A DNA stretch of 64,000 nucleotides from an uncultured Chloroflexia bacterium (GTDB lineage: Bacteria; Chloroflexota; Anaerolineae; JAAYZQ01). This document shows positions 1 to 8,728 of this stretch, one piece after another; within the stretch, counting starts at the first letter, position 1; every line of letters starts with the position of its first letter. The stretch spans positions 800,001 through 864,000 of the forward strand of contig CAVOXA010000010.1 in the NCBI GenBank assembly GCA_963700285.1, written 5' to 3'. The translations under genes were made by a program, and so were the position numbers. The notes below the pieces were generated by a model. That model saw nothing but the letters and a program-made list of their open reading frames with translations. It did no database searches and was not told where the DNA came from.

Positions 1-984
1 TTCAACGCCCGCAAGCGCTGGACCGTCAACGAGTACGGTGTGTTTGAGGGCAACCCTACCCTTGGCCCCACTTCTCTCGCAGCGCCGGACAATTTCGGCC
101 AGTTCAACAACAATCGTTACTGGTGGATGTGGGAGCACTACAAGGGCGACTCGGTCTGGGACTGGGGCTGGCCCAACTGGATCGGCGCCCAGGTACCGCC
201 CCTGCGGCCCTACGTCACCCGCTGCCTGCAGGAGACCGGCGCCACGGCACTGCCCCTGACTGTCATCCCCGCCAGCGGCTTCTGGGTCCGGTCTACCGTC
301 CCCGGCAACGACTTCACCCCGCCGCCCTTTGGCGCCTTCCCCGAACCCGCGCCCGTGGGCCAGATGGCCCTCCAGGCCGGCCAGCGTCTGGTGCCTCAAG
401 GCGCGCTGGTCCAATTGCCCGTATACCTGATTAACGGCGCCAACGTGGCCAACGCCAATTTTAACGTCGTCTACGATGCCGGCGTCGCCCGTCCCGAGGG
501 CGACCTTGTCAAAGGCGCGATCCTCGGCCAGGCCCTCTTTGAGTCCAATACCGCCGAGACCAACCGGATCCGCGCAGGCTTCTCGCAGCAGAACGGCATC
601 TATGGCACCGGCGCGGTAACCTACATCCCCTTCCGCGCCGTCGGCCCGCCCGGCTCTCGAACCGACCTCTGCCTTGAGGTGACTACCATCAACGACCCCG
701 GCGGCACCGTGCTGGCCATCGACCGCATCCACGGCTTTATCGAGATTGTCAACGCCGATGGCAGCGGTACCGGGGGTACCGGTCCCGGCAGCAACGGCAT
801 CCTACCCGGCGATTGTGTTCAGGACGGCATCCTTGACGAGCGCGACGCCGCCTGCGCCCTCCAGATGTCGGTCGGCTTGCGGCCGGAACTGCCCTGGATG
901 GACATGGATGGTAGCGGCGACGTCACTTCCCGCGATGCTACCATCATCCTGCAGCGGGCCAACGTCTCGCTGGCTGGCCAATAG
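1..984 (+). CDS. Secreted-type protein (5' partial) with cohesin domain and C-terminal dockerin
   Basis: Frame is open from base 1. Cohesin-like segment VQLPVYL..NANFNVVYD..G.G.V..IPFRAVG, Gly/Thr linker, then two EF-hand-like dockerin repeats GDCVQDGILDERDA and MDMDGSGDVTSRDATIILQ. Confidence 0.8.
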   Translation, partial: FNARKRWTVNEYGVFEGNPTLGPTSLAAPDNFGQFNNNRYWWMWEHYKGDSVWDWGWPNWIGAQVPPLRPYVTRCLQETGATALPLTVIPASGFWVRSTVPGNDFTPPPFGAFPEPAPVGQMALQAGQRLVPQGALVQLPVYLINGANVANANFNVVYDAGVARPEGDLVKGAILGQALFESNTAETNRIRAGFSQQNGIYGTGAVTYIPFRAVGPPGSRTDLCLEVTTINDPGGTVLAIDRIHGFIEIVNADGSGTGGTGPGSNGILPGDCVQDGILDERDAACALQMSVGLRPELPWMDMDGSGDVTSRDATIILQRANVSLAGQ

Positions 985-995
985 GAGGAGTACCC

Positions 996-1733
996 ATGAC
1001 CAGGTCCACGGCTCGCTTGCTGGTTCTCTCGCTGTTGCTGACAGCCGCCCTCGTTGCGGGGCCCGTTGCCTCCGCCCAATCTCTGACGGTCTCTGTCGAA
1101 CCGGCCCAGGCCCCATCCGGGCAGACTGTCGATATCCCCATCCTGGTGAAGGGCTCGCCTGGCTTCTCGGCCATGCACCTGGAGCTGACCTATGATCCCC
1201 AGGTGCTGGCCGTGGAGGCTGTGGAACCCGGCGATCTGGTGGCGGGTAACGCGCTGACAGCATTTAACACCAATGAGCCCGGGCGCGTGGTCATTAGCGT
1301 GGCCGCGGGCGCGCAGGTAGAGGGCGATGGCACCCTGGCTGTGGTGCACTTTCTGGTCGACGGTGAGCGGGGCCAGACCAGCCCCTTGGCTCTGGAGTAT
1401 CCCAAGGCATGGCAGGAATCGGGCTTTGACCTCGTCGTGGACCTCGAACCTGGCGAGTTTACCGTAGCGGCGGACAGCATGCCCCTGCTGCTGGCAGCCG
1501 TGGCCTGCCTGCTGATGCTGGTGCTCTTGCTGGTGGTGGTGCTTCTGATACGGCAACGTCGCCAGCGGAAAACCCAGCCACCACCGCAACCATACCCGGT
1601 CGCTCCCCGGCCGCAGCAGCCCCCAGCGCCGGTGGTGCCGGGCCAGAGACCCAAGTTCTGCGGCAACTGTGGCCAGGCCTTGGAGCCCAGCAAGCGCTTC
1701 TGCATTCACTGCGGCCATCCCGTCGGCGGCTAG
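996..1733 (+). CDS. Membrane-anchored cohesin protein with cytoplasmic Pro-rich linker and zinc ribbon
   Basis: RBS GGAGGAG; signal peptide; cohesin motif GQTVDIPI..SAMHLELTYDPQVL..GDGTLAVVHF; TM helix followed by RQRRQRK; C-terminal CGNC-x10-CIHC. Confidence 0.8.
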   Translation: MTRSTARLLVLSLLLTAALVAGPVASAQSLTVSVEPAQAPSGQTVDIPILVKGSPGFSAMHLELTYDPQVLAVEAVEPGDLVAGNALTAFNTNEPGRVVISVAAGAQVEGDGTLAVVHFLVDGERGQTSPLALEYPKAWQESGFDLVVDLEPGEFTVAADSMPLLLAAVACLLMLVLLLVVVLLIRQRRQRKTQPPPQPYPVAPRPQQPPAPVVPGQRPKFCGNCGQALEPSKRFCIHCGHPVGG

Positions 1734-1752
1734 GTGAGACAGATGCAGCGCA

Positions 1753-2024
1753 ATGATCTGTGCCTATTGTAGCGCCGGACTGATACCGGGCGCCCGCTTC
1801 TGCGGCGACTGTGGGTAGCCCATCCTGGTTGCTTGACCCCTGACCGGGCCGCCAGCCGCGACCTGTACCCACTGTGGCGCGGTCCTGGCACCGGGGCCAG
1901 CTTCTGTGCCGACTGCGGACAGCCGCTGGCAGGTGCCCTCACCCCACCGCCCTTTGCGCCCGTGCCCGCAGCCGCCCATTCTCGAGAGTGTGCGCGCTGG
2001 CCGCTGGGTGGCCTTTGCCCATAG
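1753..2024 (+). pseudogene. Double zinc ribbon protein pseudogene
   Basis: Reads MICAYC..ARFCGDCG*PILVA*..TCTHCGAVLAPG/ASFCADCGQPL, with two in-frame stops and one frameshift. Confidence 0.65.
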
Positions 2025-2185
2025 CTGAGACAGCAACGGAGATGTGCGCATGGACGGCCAGGATGCGGCCAACATCTCTGCCATACCGCTGCAGGGTGGT
2101 AAACCAGTCTCGCTGGTTTCCAGTCCTCATCGAGACACTGACCCAACCTGGACGCGCTAGGGCCTGTTTTTGTCAACTGAAAAGA

Positions 2186-3108
2186 GGTTCTTCCGCAATT
2201 TTCGTGAAATTGCGGTCTGCAGTGTGCGAGTATAATAGGGACTTTACCAAACAGGAGGAACGTCCCCATGCTTGCCCAAGTGCTCTTGCCGTGCTCGACC
2301 AATCTGGAGCTTGACGAAGCAGTTGTTGAGGATGAAGTGATCACCGTAACGGTCAACTCGCAGCGGACAGACGCAGGCTGTCGGACATACCATCAATCGT
2401 CTGCGCGGGTACAGAGCCGCTATTGGCGAATAGTGGCCGATTTATCGTGTGCCGAACGCAGTGTTCGACTTCACTTGCGAGTCCGTCCCTTCTTCTGTGA
2501 CAATGCAGTGTGCAAACGCAAGACCTTTGCCGAAAGGTTTCCAGGAATCGTTGCACCCTATTCCCGGCGAACCAGTCGCCTGGCTGCCACACGGCGTCGG
2601 TATACGTGAAGAGAAAGAAGATGATTCACTGCTGACCAAGTTAGAACAAAGACAACAAGGATACTCGGGCTCGCGTCCATTGGTCAGCCGTTGGGCGGCG
2701 CAGATGCGCAAGCAGGAGCCCACGCTCTCAACAGATGCTCAAGTGCATGTCAAACCGAAAAGGCAGGTGAAACGAGCCTGGTCGGCACGGTACGCCGTTT
2801 GGTTGCTTTTCAGCCAGCTAGAAACATTGTCTGCGACCGCTATGCCAAGTCCATGGAACCTTGGTTGACCGCTGTGATTGAGTCCAAGATTCCAGAACTG
2901 AATGGCTTTGCCCGAAGCCTCAGTCGAGACAAAGATGCGGTTCTCGCTGCTTTGTCATTGCCTTGGAGCAACGGGCAGGTTGAAGGACAAGTCAACCGTC
3001 TGAAACTGATCAAACGTCAGATGTACGGGCGGGCCAAGTTCGATCTGCTCCGCTTGCGGGTCTTGGCCCACTCATGATCGTAGCTTTCACGGAAATTGCG
3101 GAAGAGCC
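2186..3108 (+). mobile_element. Internally deleted ISL3-family insertion sequence
   Basis: 24-bp terminal IRs (2186-2209 and 3085-3108, 22/24 match, starting GG). N-terminal ISL3 zinc-finger region (..FFCDNAVCKRKTFAE) and C-terminal WSNGQVEGQVNRLKLIKRQMYGRAKFDLLR. Only 923 bp and frames are broken. Confidence 0.85.
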
Positions 3109-3398
3109 CCCTTGGGCTTGGCACGCCATGTGGGCCGTACCTTTCTCCACCCCGATGGCACCGACCACGCTCTCTTGGCACGCCTCTATCCCTATGGTTC
3201 CCCCCTCTGGAAAGAACACTGCGACGCCCGCAAAAATGCTGTCGAGGACGAAACAGTCAGACCACCCGTTTGGGCCTCAAGCGCATCTGGTCCTATGGCC
3301 TGGCCGGGGCCACAGCCGACATTGCCTTTGCCGACTTGCTCATCAACTTGCGTACCCTTGGCCGACTGGTCCAGGAGGCTACTCTGCTCTGTGACTAA
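3109..3398 (+). mobile_element. C-terminal remnant of a DDE transposase (frameshifted)
   Basis: YGSPLWKEHCDARKNAVE / GRNSQTTRLGLKRIW across a frameshift resembles the R-x3-E-x2-N-S signature of DDE transposases. Abuts the ISL3 right end. Confidence 0.45.
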
Positions 3399-3777
3399 CC
3401 ATCCACCCACGGCAAATCCGTGGGCGGATGCCTAATCGCCTGCCCTATACCTGCCTGCTGCAAACACCCTCCCGCTGCGGGCCGTTGGCCCCTGCCTACC
3501 TGTCTCCCCCGCGCCCCACTGCCGTTCCCTTGACTCCCACCTCAGCCTCTCACAAGTGCCGCTGTCGACTTTTCGACCAAAACCAGACCCGACACCAAGC
3601 CACAGCAGCGAATTGTCGCTCCCTTGCCCAGCAATCGTTGCACCCCACAACCCTCGAGATTCGTCCAAAAACTCGCTTAACCCTCGCATCCCACTGCCCC
3701 TACACCTCATCTTCTACCAGACTACTACCAGTGCCCACAATTGCTGCGCTATGCCTCCAACTTTTTTCTTTCCCCTC

Positions 3778-3803
3778 TAGAACCTTTCACGCTATAATCC
3801 GTA
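3778..3803 (+). promoter_or_regulatory. Candidate ECF (SigW-like) promoter with an overlapping TATAAT
   Basis: TAGAAC-N16-CGTA resembles SigW TGAAAC-N16-CGTA. TATAAT at 3793-3798. Lies directly upstream of the ECF sigma gene. Confidence 0.4.
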
Positions 3804-3827
3804 TAGACAGTGCATGGAGGACGATGG

Positions 3828-4373
3828 ATGGACCAAGAGCAGACCTGGATCGAAGGCGCGCTCAAGGGGGACACAGCGGCCTTTGGCCGGCTGGTAGAGG
3901 CCTATGAGCGGCCGGTTTACAATCTGACCTATCGCATGTTGGGCGATCCCGCCGAGGCGGAGGACGCCGCCCAGGAGACCTTTCTGCGGGCCTACACCAA
4001 GCTGGCCACCTACCAGCCCAGCCGCAAGTTCGTCAACTGGCTGTTGTCCATTGCCTCGCACCACTGCATCGACCGCCTGCGTAAGAGGGGGCGGGCGCCG
4101 CAGCTCTCGCTGGAGGGGCCACTGCCGCCCCAGTGGCTGACCAGCAGCGCGCCGCGGCCCGACGAGGTGGTGGACAGGAAGCAGAAGCGCGAGCGCGTGC
4201 GGGATTCGCTGGAGACGCTGCCACCCGACTATCGGGCGGCCATCGTGCTCCGCTACTGGTACAACTACTCCTACCAGGAGATCGCCGGCCTGATGGACAC
4301 CACCGAGAGCGCCATCAAGTCGCGCCTTCACCGGGCGCGGCGGATGCTGGCCGGGCAGCTGGAAGCCGCTTAG
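3828..4373 (+). CDS. ECF RNA polymerase sigma-70 factor (SigW-like)
   Basis: AEDAAQETFLRAY (region 2) and YSYQEIA..ESAIKSRLHRAR (region 4); RBS GGAGG. Confidence 0.95.
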   Translation: MDQEQTWIEGALKGDTAAFGRLVEAYERPVYNLTYRMLGDPAEAEDAAQETFLRAYTKLATYQPSRKFVNWLLSIASHHCIDRLRKRGRAPQLSLEGPLPPQWLTSSAPRPDEVVDRKQKRERVRDSLETLPPDYRAAIVLRYWYNYSYQEIAGLMDTTESAIKSRLHRARRMLAGQLEAA

Positions 4374-4387
4374 AGGAAGAATGATTG

Positions 4388-4467
4388 AACCACAGAGACA
4401 CGGAGAACACAGAGAAAGCTCAGAAGGTTTTGGGGTTCTCTGCGTCCTCTGCGTCTCCGCGGTGAAA
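4388..4467. repeat. REP-like inverted repeat (CACAGAGACACGGAG / CTCTGCGTCTCCGCGGT type)
   Basis: Imperfect intergenic inverted repeat aaccacagagacacggagaacacagag ... ctctgcgtcctctgcgtctccgcggt. Confidence 0.7.
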
Positions 4468-4499
4468 GTACAGGGACAGACCGGGCACGGGGGAGAGAC

Positions 4500-5090
4500 G
4501 TGATGGATGATGCGATGGAATGCAAGCAAGGCGAACAGATGACGATGCTTATGTCACTGTCCCTGGACGGCATGTTGGATCGGGATGGCCAGCACCGCTT
4601 GGAGCGGCATGTGGCTGCCTGCGCCTCATGTCGGTGGGAATGGCAGGCCATGCGCCAGGTATCGAACCTGTTCGAGGCGGAACCAATGGTTGGTCCACCT
4701 TTAGGCTTTGCTGTCCGCATCGAGCGGCGGTTGGAGGCGAAGGCTGTGCAGCGGAAGCGGACCTTTGGCGGTGCGGCGGTGGTGACAAGCTGGCTGTCGC
4801 TGGCGGGCATGACGGTCGGCGCCGTGGTGCTGGTCGTTCTCGGGGTCATGGGCTGGCAGTGGTTCGGCTCGCTGGGCTCAGTACAGACGGGGGCCAGCGC
4901 CCTGTCGCAGGTAGCCGGCAACGTGGGCCTGCTGGGTAGGGGAGCCAGTTTCTTCTTGGGCGAGGCGCTGCTGCGTTATGGCCTGCCCCTGGTGGCCCTG
5001 CTGGCCGTTGGCCTGACCGTACTGGCCGGTGCCTGGACCTGGATGGTGGTGAAACGGCCAGGTGGCTCGCGGCGTAATGGATTTGTGTAG
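4500..5090 (+). CDS. Zinc-finger (zf-HC2) membrane anti-sigma factor
   Basis: LDG..L..HVAACASC (HxxxCxxC) followed by TM helices; directly downstream of the ECF sigma. Confidence 0.85.
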   Translation: MMDDAMECKQGEQMTMLMSLSLDGMLDRDGQHRLERHVAACASCRWEWQAMRQVSNLFEAEPMVGPPLGFAVRIERRLEAKAVQRKRTFGGAAVVTSWLSLAGMTVGAVVLVVLGVMGWQWFGSLGSVQTGASALSQVAGNVGLLGRGASFFLGEALLRYGLPLVALLAVGLTVLAGAWTWMVVKRPGGSRRNGFV

Positions 5091-5215
5091 CGGGGCTCGG
5101 TCAGGAGGCCTTCGCCCATCAAAGGTGGCGGGGCTCGGGCCTGACAGTTGGAGACCTTCGCATAGAGAGACCCAGCACCGACTGTTTACGGCGGTGCAAG
5201 ACAAGGAGGTTGGCT

Positions 5216-6505
5216 GTGAAAAAGCGAGTGTTGTCGCTGGGTTTGTTGGTGCTGCTTTTGCTGTTGCTTGCAACTTCGGCCCTGGCGGCGGGGCCCATCG
5301 TATTTGACGAAAACGGGCGGATCTTTGTAGACGAGGACCTGCGGCTGGCGGAAGGCGAGATCTTTTACGGTGACGTGGGCATTTTTGACGGCAACCTCAT
5401 CGTGCCCCAGGGCGCCGCTGTGAAGGGCGATGTGTTTGTCACCAACGGCGACGCCGAGATCGACGGGGCCACCAGCGGTGACTTGGCCGTCATCAACGGC
5501 GACGTGGATCTGGCTGAGACGGGTGTCGTGGAGGGCGATCTCTTTGTTATGAGCGGCCACGTGAAGGTGGCCGGCCGGGTGGGCGGCGACCTTTCGGTCA
5601 TGTTCGGCGAGATGATGCTGGAGGGCACGGCCGACGTCGAGGGCAGCGCCACGGTCTTCTCGGGCAGCTACGAGCGGGAGACGGGTGCCCTGGTGCGGGG
5701 CGAAGAGATCCCCAACGTGCCCCTGCCCAAGGTGCCGTTCATTCCCGAGGTACCGCAGGTACGCGAGATCCCCGAAGTCCCAGCCCTGCCCAAGCTGACG
5801 CCGCCCGCGCCGCCTGTACCGCCCCTGTTCCACCAGCCCACCCTGGGCCAGCGCATCGGCAACTTTTTCGGGCGGGCCATGGGCGCCAGTTTCATGAGCC
5901 TCATCTTTATCGCTGTGGGTATCCTCCTCGTCCTGATATGGCCGCGGACCACCCACCGGGTGGCGGATTGTATTGCCGCCCTGCCGTTGCAGAGCTTTGG
6001 CCTGGGTTTGTTGACCTTTCTGATGGCCTTTGTGCTCGAGGCACTGGCCGTGCTGCTGATGATCCTCATTATCCTGGTGGCCACGCTGATGATCGGCACC
6101 ATAATCCTCATCCCCATTGGCCTGCTCCTGATCTTGCTCTCGGTGCTGGTCCTGCTGCCGGTGCCCCTGGCTCTGGTTGCCGGGGTGGTCCTGGGCTGGG
6201 TCGGCCTGGCCGAGATGGTCGGGCGCCGGCTGCTCAGGGCGCTGAAGGTCGACGCCGTGAAACCGCTGGGCGCCGTGATCGCCGGCCTGGTGGTCACCGT
6301 GCCGCTGGCCGCCATCTTGTGGGTGATCCAGCCGGCATGTTGCGCCTGGCCCTTTATTATTCTGCTTACCAGCGTGGGCCTGGGGGCCGTGATCCATACC
6401 CGCTTTGGTACGCAGAGTTGCCAGAGTTCTGGCCCGCACGAGCAGTTTGAGGCACTGCCCATGGACGCCATGGATGACGAGATCGGCCGGCCTGACGGCC
6501 CTTAA
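5216..6505 (+). CDS. Bactofilin/polymer-forming-like beta-helix membrane protein
   Basis: Signal peptide, repeated V.GD(L/V).V..G motifs, Pro-rich linker and multi-TM C-terminus; RBS AAGGAGG. Confidence 0.75.
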   Translation: MKKRVLSLGLLVLLLLLLATSALAAGPIVFDENGRIFVDEDLRLAEGEIFYGDVGIFDGNLIVPQGAAVKGDVFVTNGDAEIDGATSGDLAVINGDVDLAETGVVEGDLFVMSGHVKVAGRVGGDLSVMFGEMMLEGTADVEGSATVFSGSYERETGALVRGEEIPNVPLPKVPFIPEVPQVREIPEVPALPKLTPPAPPVPPLFHQPTLGQRIGNFFGRAMGASFMSLIFIAVGILLVLIWPRTTHRVADCIAALPLQSFGLGLLTFLMAFVLEALAVLLMILIILVATLMIGTIILIPIGLLLILLSVLVLLPVPLALVAGVVLGWVGLAEMVGRRLLRALKVDAVKPLGAVIAGLVVTVPLAAILWVIQPACCAWPFIILLTSVGLGAVIHTRFGTQSCQSSGPHEQFEALPMDAMDDEIGRPDGP

Positions 6506-6525
6506 AAAGTCAGCATAAACCATTG

Positions 6526-6561
6526 GGGCAAGGTATGCACCTACATGCCTTGCCCTTTTTT
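6526..6561 (+). terminator. Intrinsic terminator
   Basis: gggcaaggtatg / catgccttgccc stem followed by a T6 tract. Confidence 0.85.
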
Positions 6562-6756
6562 GTGTGTTGGGTCTGAGTATAACAGCGAATCCGGAGGCTT
6601 TGCCGAATCGACGCGCGGTAGATTCGGTAGATCCTTTTGGTTGTTGTCATATTGCCTCTAGCCCCGCTCTGGCTGGACACGGATAGTACCGACGAGACAG
6701 TAAGCACACCCAACTTCTCCCTGGCCCAGCGAGGATACGACAAGCTGCCCAAGTTG

Positions 6757-6765
6757 TGGTATAAT
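6757..6765 (+). promoter_or_regulatory. Extended -10 promoter, probably leaderless
   Basis: TGGTATAAT ends 7 nt before ATG 6773; no Shine-Dalgarno sequence. Confidence 0.5.
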
Positions 6766-6772
6766 ATCCGAT

Positions 6773-7768
6773 ATGGACACGCCAACGCCAACTCAGCCTG
6801 CCTGGCCTGATGCCCGCATCCCCGATCCGCCGGGCCAGAGAGCCACGGATCGGGTGGTTCCCGGGCGTCTGGTCGGGCTGCAGGGCCGTTTGGCCCGCCC
6901 TTTCTGGGGCATGATGGGGATCTGGGCCGCCCTATGCGGCGCCGCCGCTTCAAACAAGCTCCATTGGGCCGCGAGTGACCTGCTGACCGTGGTTCTGGTC
7001 CTGCTCCTGGTTGATCTCGCCTGGGGCAGCTTGTGGGATCAGGTCGTGGGCATCGATTGGCGCCGCCTCCGGGCTGGCCGGCACCAGCCTGCCCAGCCAG
7101 TACTGTTTGCTGCCTATCCTGTACGGCGACTTGGCCTACCCTATACCCAGCCCAGATCGCCCGGGGGGCGGATCTTTGGCGGACTCGGCCGCTTTGGGCA
7201 CCGGTGGCGCAATAACTTTTGGCCTGAGGCCGGGCCGGCGGTCTTGGGTTCCCTAGCGGCGGTGGTCTTGGCGGCCGTGGTGTCCCTGCTGCTGCCCGAG
7301 CGGCTTCGCGTGCTCAGCGCCGCGTTGGTGGCGCTCGCGGGCCTGGGTGTCATCCAGCGCTGGCGGGGCCGGGCGCCGCTGGCCGCCCAGGCCACGGTCC
7401 TCGTGGGGCTAAGCTGGCTGGCCGGCAACGCGGCCTTTGCCGGGGTGAGCCGCCCGTCCCTAATCTTGGCCTTTGCTTTCACGCTGTCCGCCTGGGGGAT
7501 GCTGCGCGCCACTGAAGGGCAGCGCTACGGGCTATGGCTGCTCAACGGCGGGCTGGTCGTCGCCGTGGCCCTGGTGGCCGCGCAGAAGCAACCGCTGGCC
7601 GCGGGTGTGATGGGGCTCTTGTTTTTCGGCCAAATTGCACTGCAGCCAGCCCTGAGGCCCATCGGAGGGCCTGCCCTGCATCGAGACGCTGATCCGGGAC
7701 GCATCGTGCACCGGGCCTGGCCATGGCTGCTGGCAGCCATGGTCGTGGCGGCCTGGGCCATGCCATGA
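6773..7768 (+). CDS. Integral membrane protein, distantly UbiA-like
   Basis: About 8 hydrophobic segments; LARPFW N-terminus; canonical Asp-rich motifs not evident. Confidence 0.6.
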   Translation: MDTPTPTQPAWPDARIPDPPGQRATDRVVPGRLVGLQGRLARPFWGMMGIWAALCGAAASNKLHWAASDLLTVVLVLLLVDLAWGSLWDQVVGIDWRRLRAGRHQPAQPVLFAAYPVRRLGLPYTQPRSPGGRIFGGLGRFGHRWRNNFWPEAGPAVLGSLAAVVLAAVVSLLLPERLRVLSAALVALAGLGVIQRWRGRAPLAAQATVLVGLSWLAGNAAFAGVSRPSLILAFAFTLSAWGMLRATEGQRYGLWLLNGGLVVAVALVAAQKQPLAAGVMGLLFFGQIALQPALRPIGGPALHRDADPGRIVHRAWPWLLAAMVVAAWAMP

Positions 7769-8628
7769 CCTGGTTGTGGCTCCTGCTGGCGGCCCTGGGC
7801 CTGGCGGCGCTAGCGCTGCTGGCTTACTGGCAGTTGGTCATCGCCGAAGGAGCCTACGTCGGACCAAAGGTGGTGGCCAAATCCTACGACTGGTTCGCCC
7901 GCCGCTACGACGGCGTCAAGAGCTTTGATCCCTGGGCGGAGCGCTGGTTCGTCGCCGGACCGTTGATGCAGGGGCTGTGGCGGGCCAAGGAGCCGCTGCT
8001 CTTGGATGTGGCGACGGGCACCGGCCGGCTGCCGTTAGCGCTCTTCGGTGAGGGCTTTGCCGGGCAGATCATCGGTTTGGATCTGTCGCTGGGCATGCTG
8101 CGCCAGGCCCGAGACAAACTGGCGTCCAACAGCGACCACGTGCGCCTGGTCTGGCAGGATGCCAGCAGGCTGCCCTTTGACGACGGTGTTTTTGACGCCG
8201 TAACCTGTCTGGAGGCGCTAGAGTTTCTGCCCCGACCCCTGGAGGCCTTGGCCGAAATGGTGCGGGTACTGGCCCCGGATGGCATCCTGTTCCTTACCAA
8301 TCGCGTGGGGCGCGAGGCGCGCCTTTTGCCCGGCCGGGCCATCCCGCGCCCGCTTTTCGAGCAGATATTGGCAGAGTACCCGCTGCGCGATGTGCAGGTT
8401 CGGCGCTGGCAGGAGGACTATGACCTGGCCATGGCGCGCAAACTGGGGCAGTCCGATACGCCGGCTGCGGGATCTTTTGGTGACAGAGACCCGGACCTGG
8501 CGTCGCTGCTGCGTTGTCCGGAGTGCGGTGGGGAGTTGCAACGCGATGCTGGCAACTTGGGTTGCTCCGCCTGTGATCGGGTATATCCCATCCGGGAGGA
8601 AATTGTGCAGTTGGAGGGGGCTAGGTAG
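7765..8628 (+). CDS. Membrane-anchored class I SAM methyltransferase (UbiE/MenG-like) with C-terminal Trm112-like zinc ribbon
   Basis: LLDVATGTG, GLDLSLGML, LPFDDGVFD, EMVRVLAPDG; C-terminal LRCPECGG..CSACDRVYPIREEI; ATGA overlap with the upstream gene. Confidence 0.85.
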   Translation: MTWLWLLLAALGLAALALLAYWQLVIAEGAYVGPKVVAKSYDWFARRYDGVKSFDPWAERWFVAGPLMQGLWRAKEPLLLDVATGTGRLPLALFGEGFAGQIIGLDLSLGMLRQARDKLASNSDHVRLVWQDASRLPFDDGVFDAVTCLEALEFLPRPLEALAEMVRVLAPDGILFLTNRVGREARLLPGRAIPRPLFEQILAEYPLRDVQVRRWQEDYDLAMARKLGQSDTPAAGSFGDRDPDLASLLRCPECGGELQRDAGNLGCSACDRVYPIREEIVQLEGAR

Positions 8629-8728
8629 AAGAACAGACTGCTGGGGTTTTGAGACTTTTCCATCAGATAGCGCGGTACAAACCTCGGGGTTCCTCCGAGA
8701 CGAGTGAGGTCCAAAGGCAAAGACTGCC

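Noticed and set aside
1813-1835. TAG/TGA in the zinc-ribbon ORF as pyrrolysine/Sec recoding
   Set aside because: The stops are not at Cys positions, fit CAG>TAG and CGA>TGA decay, and come with a frameshift.
5091-5205. Possible glycine-type riboswitch upstream of 5216
   Set aside because: Only scattered GGAGA/GAGAGACC words and no complete aptamer; looks more like a degraded REP-type repeat.
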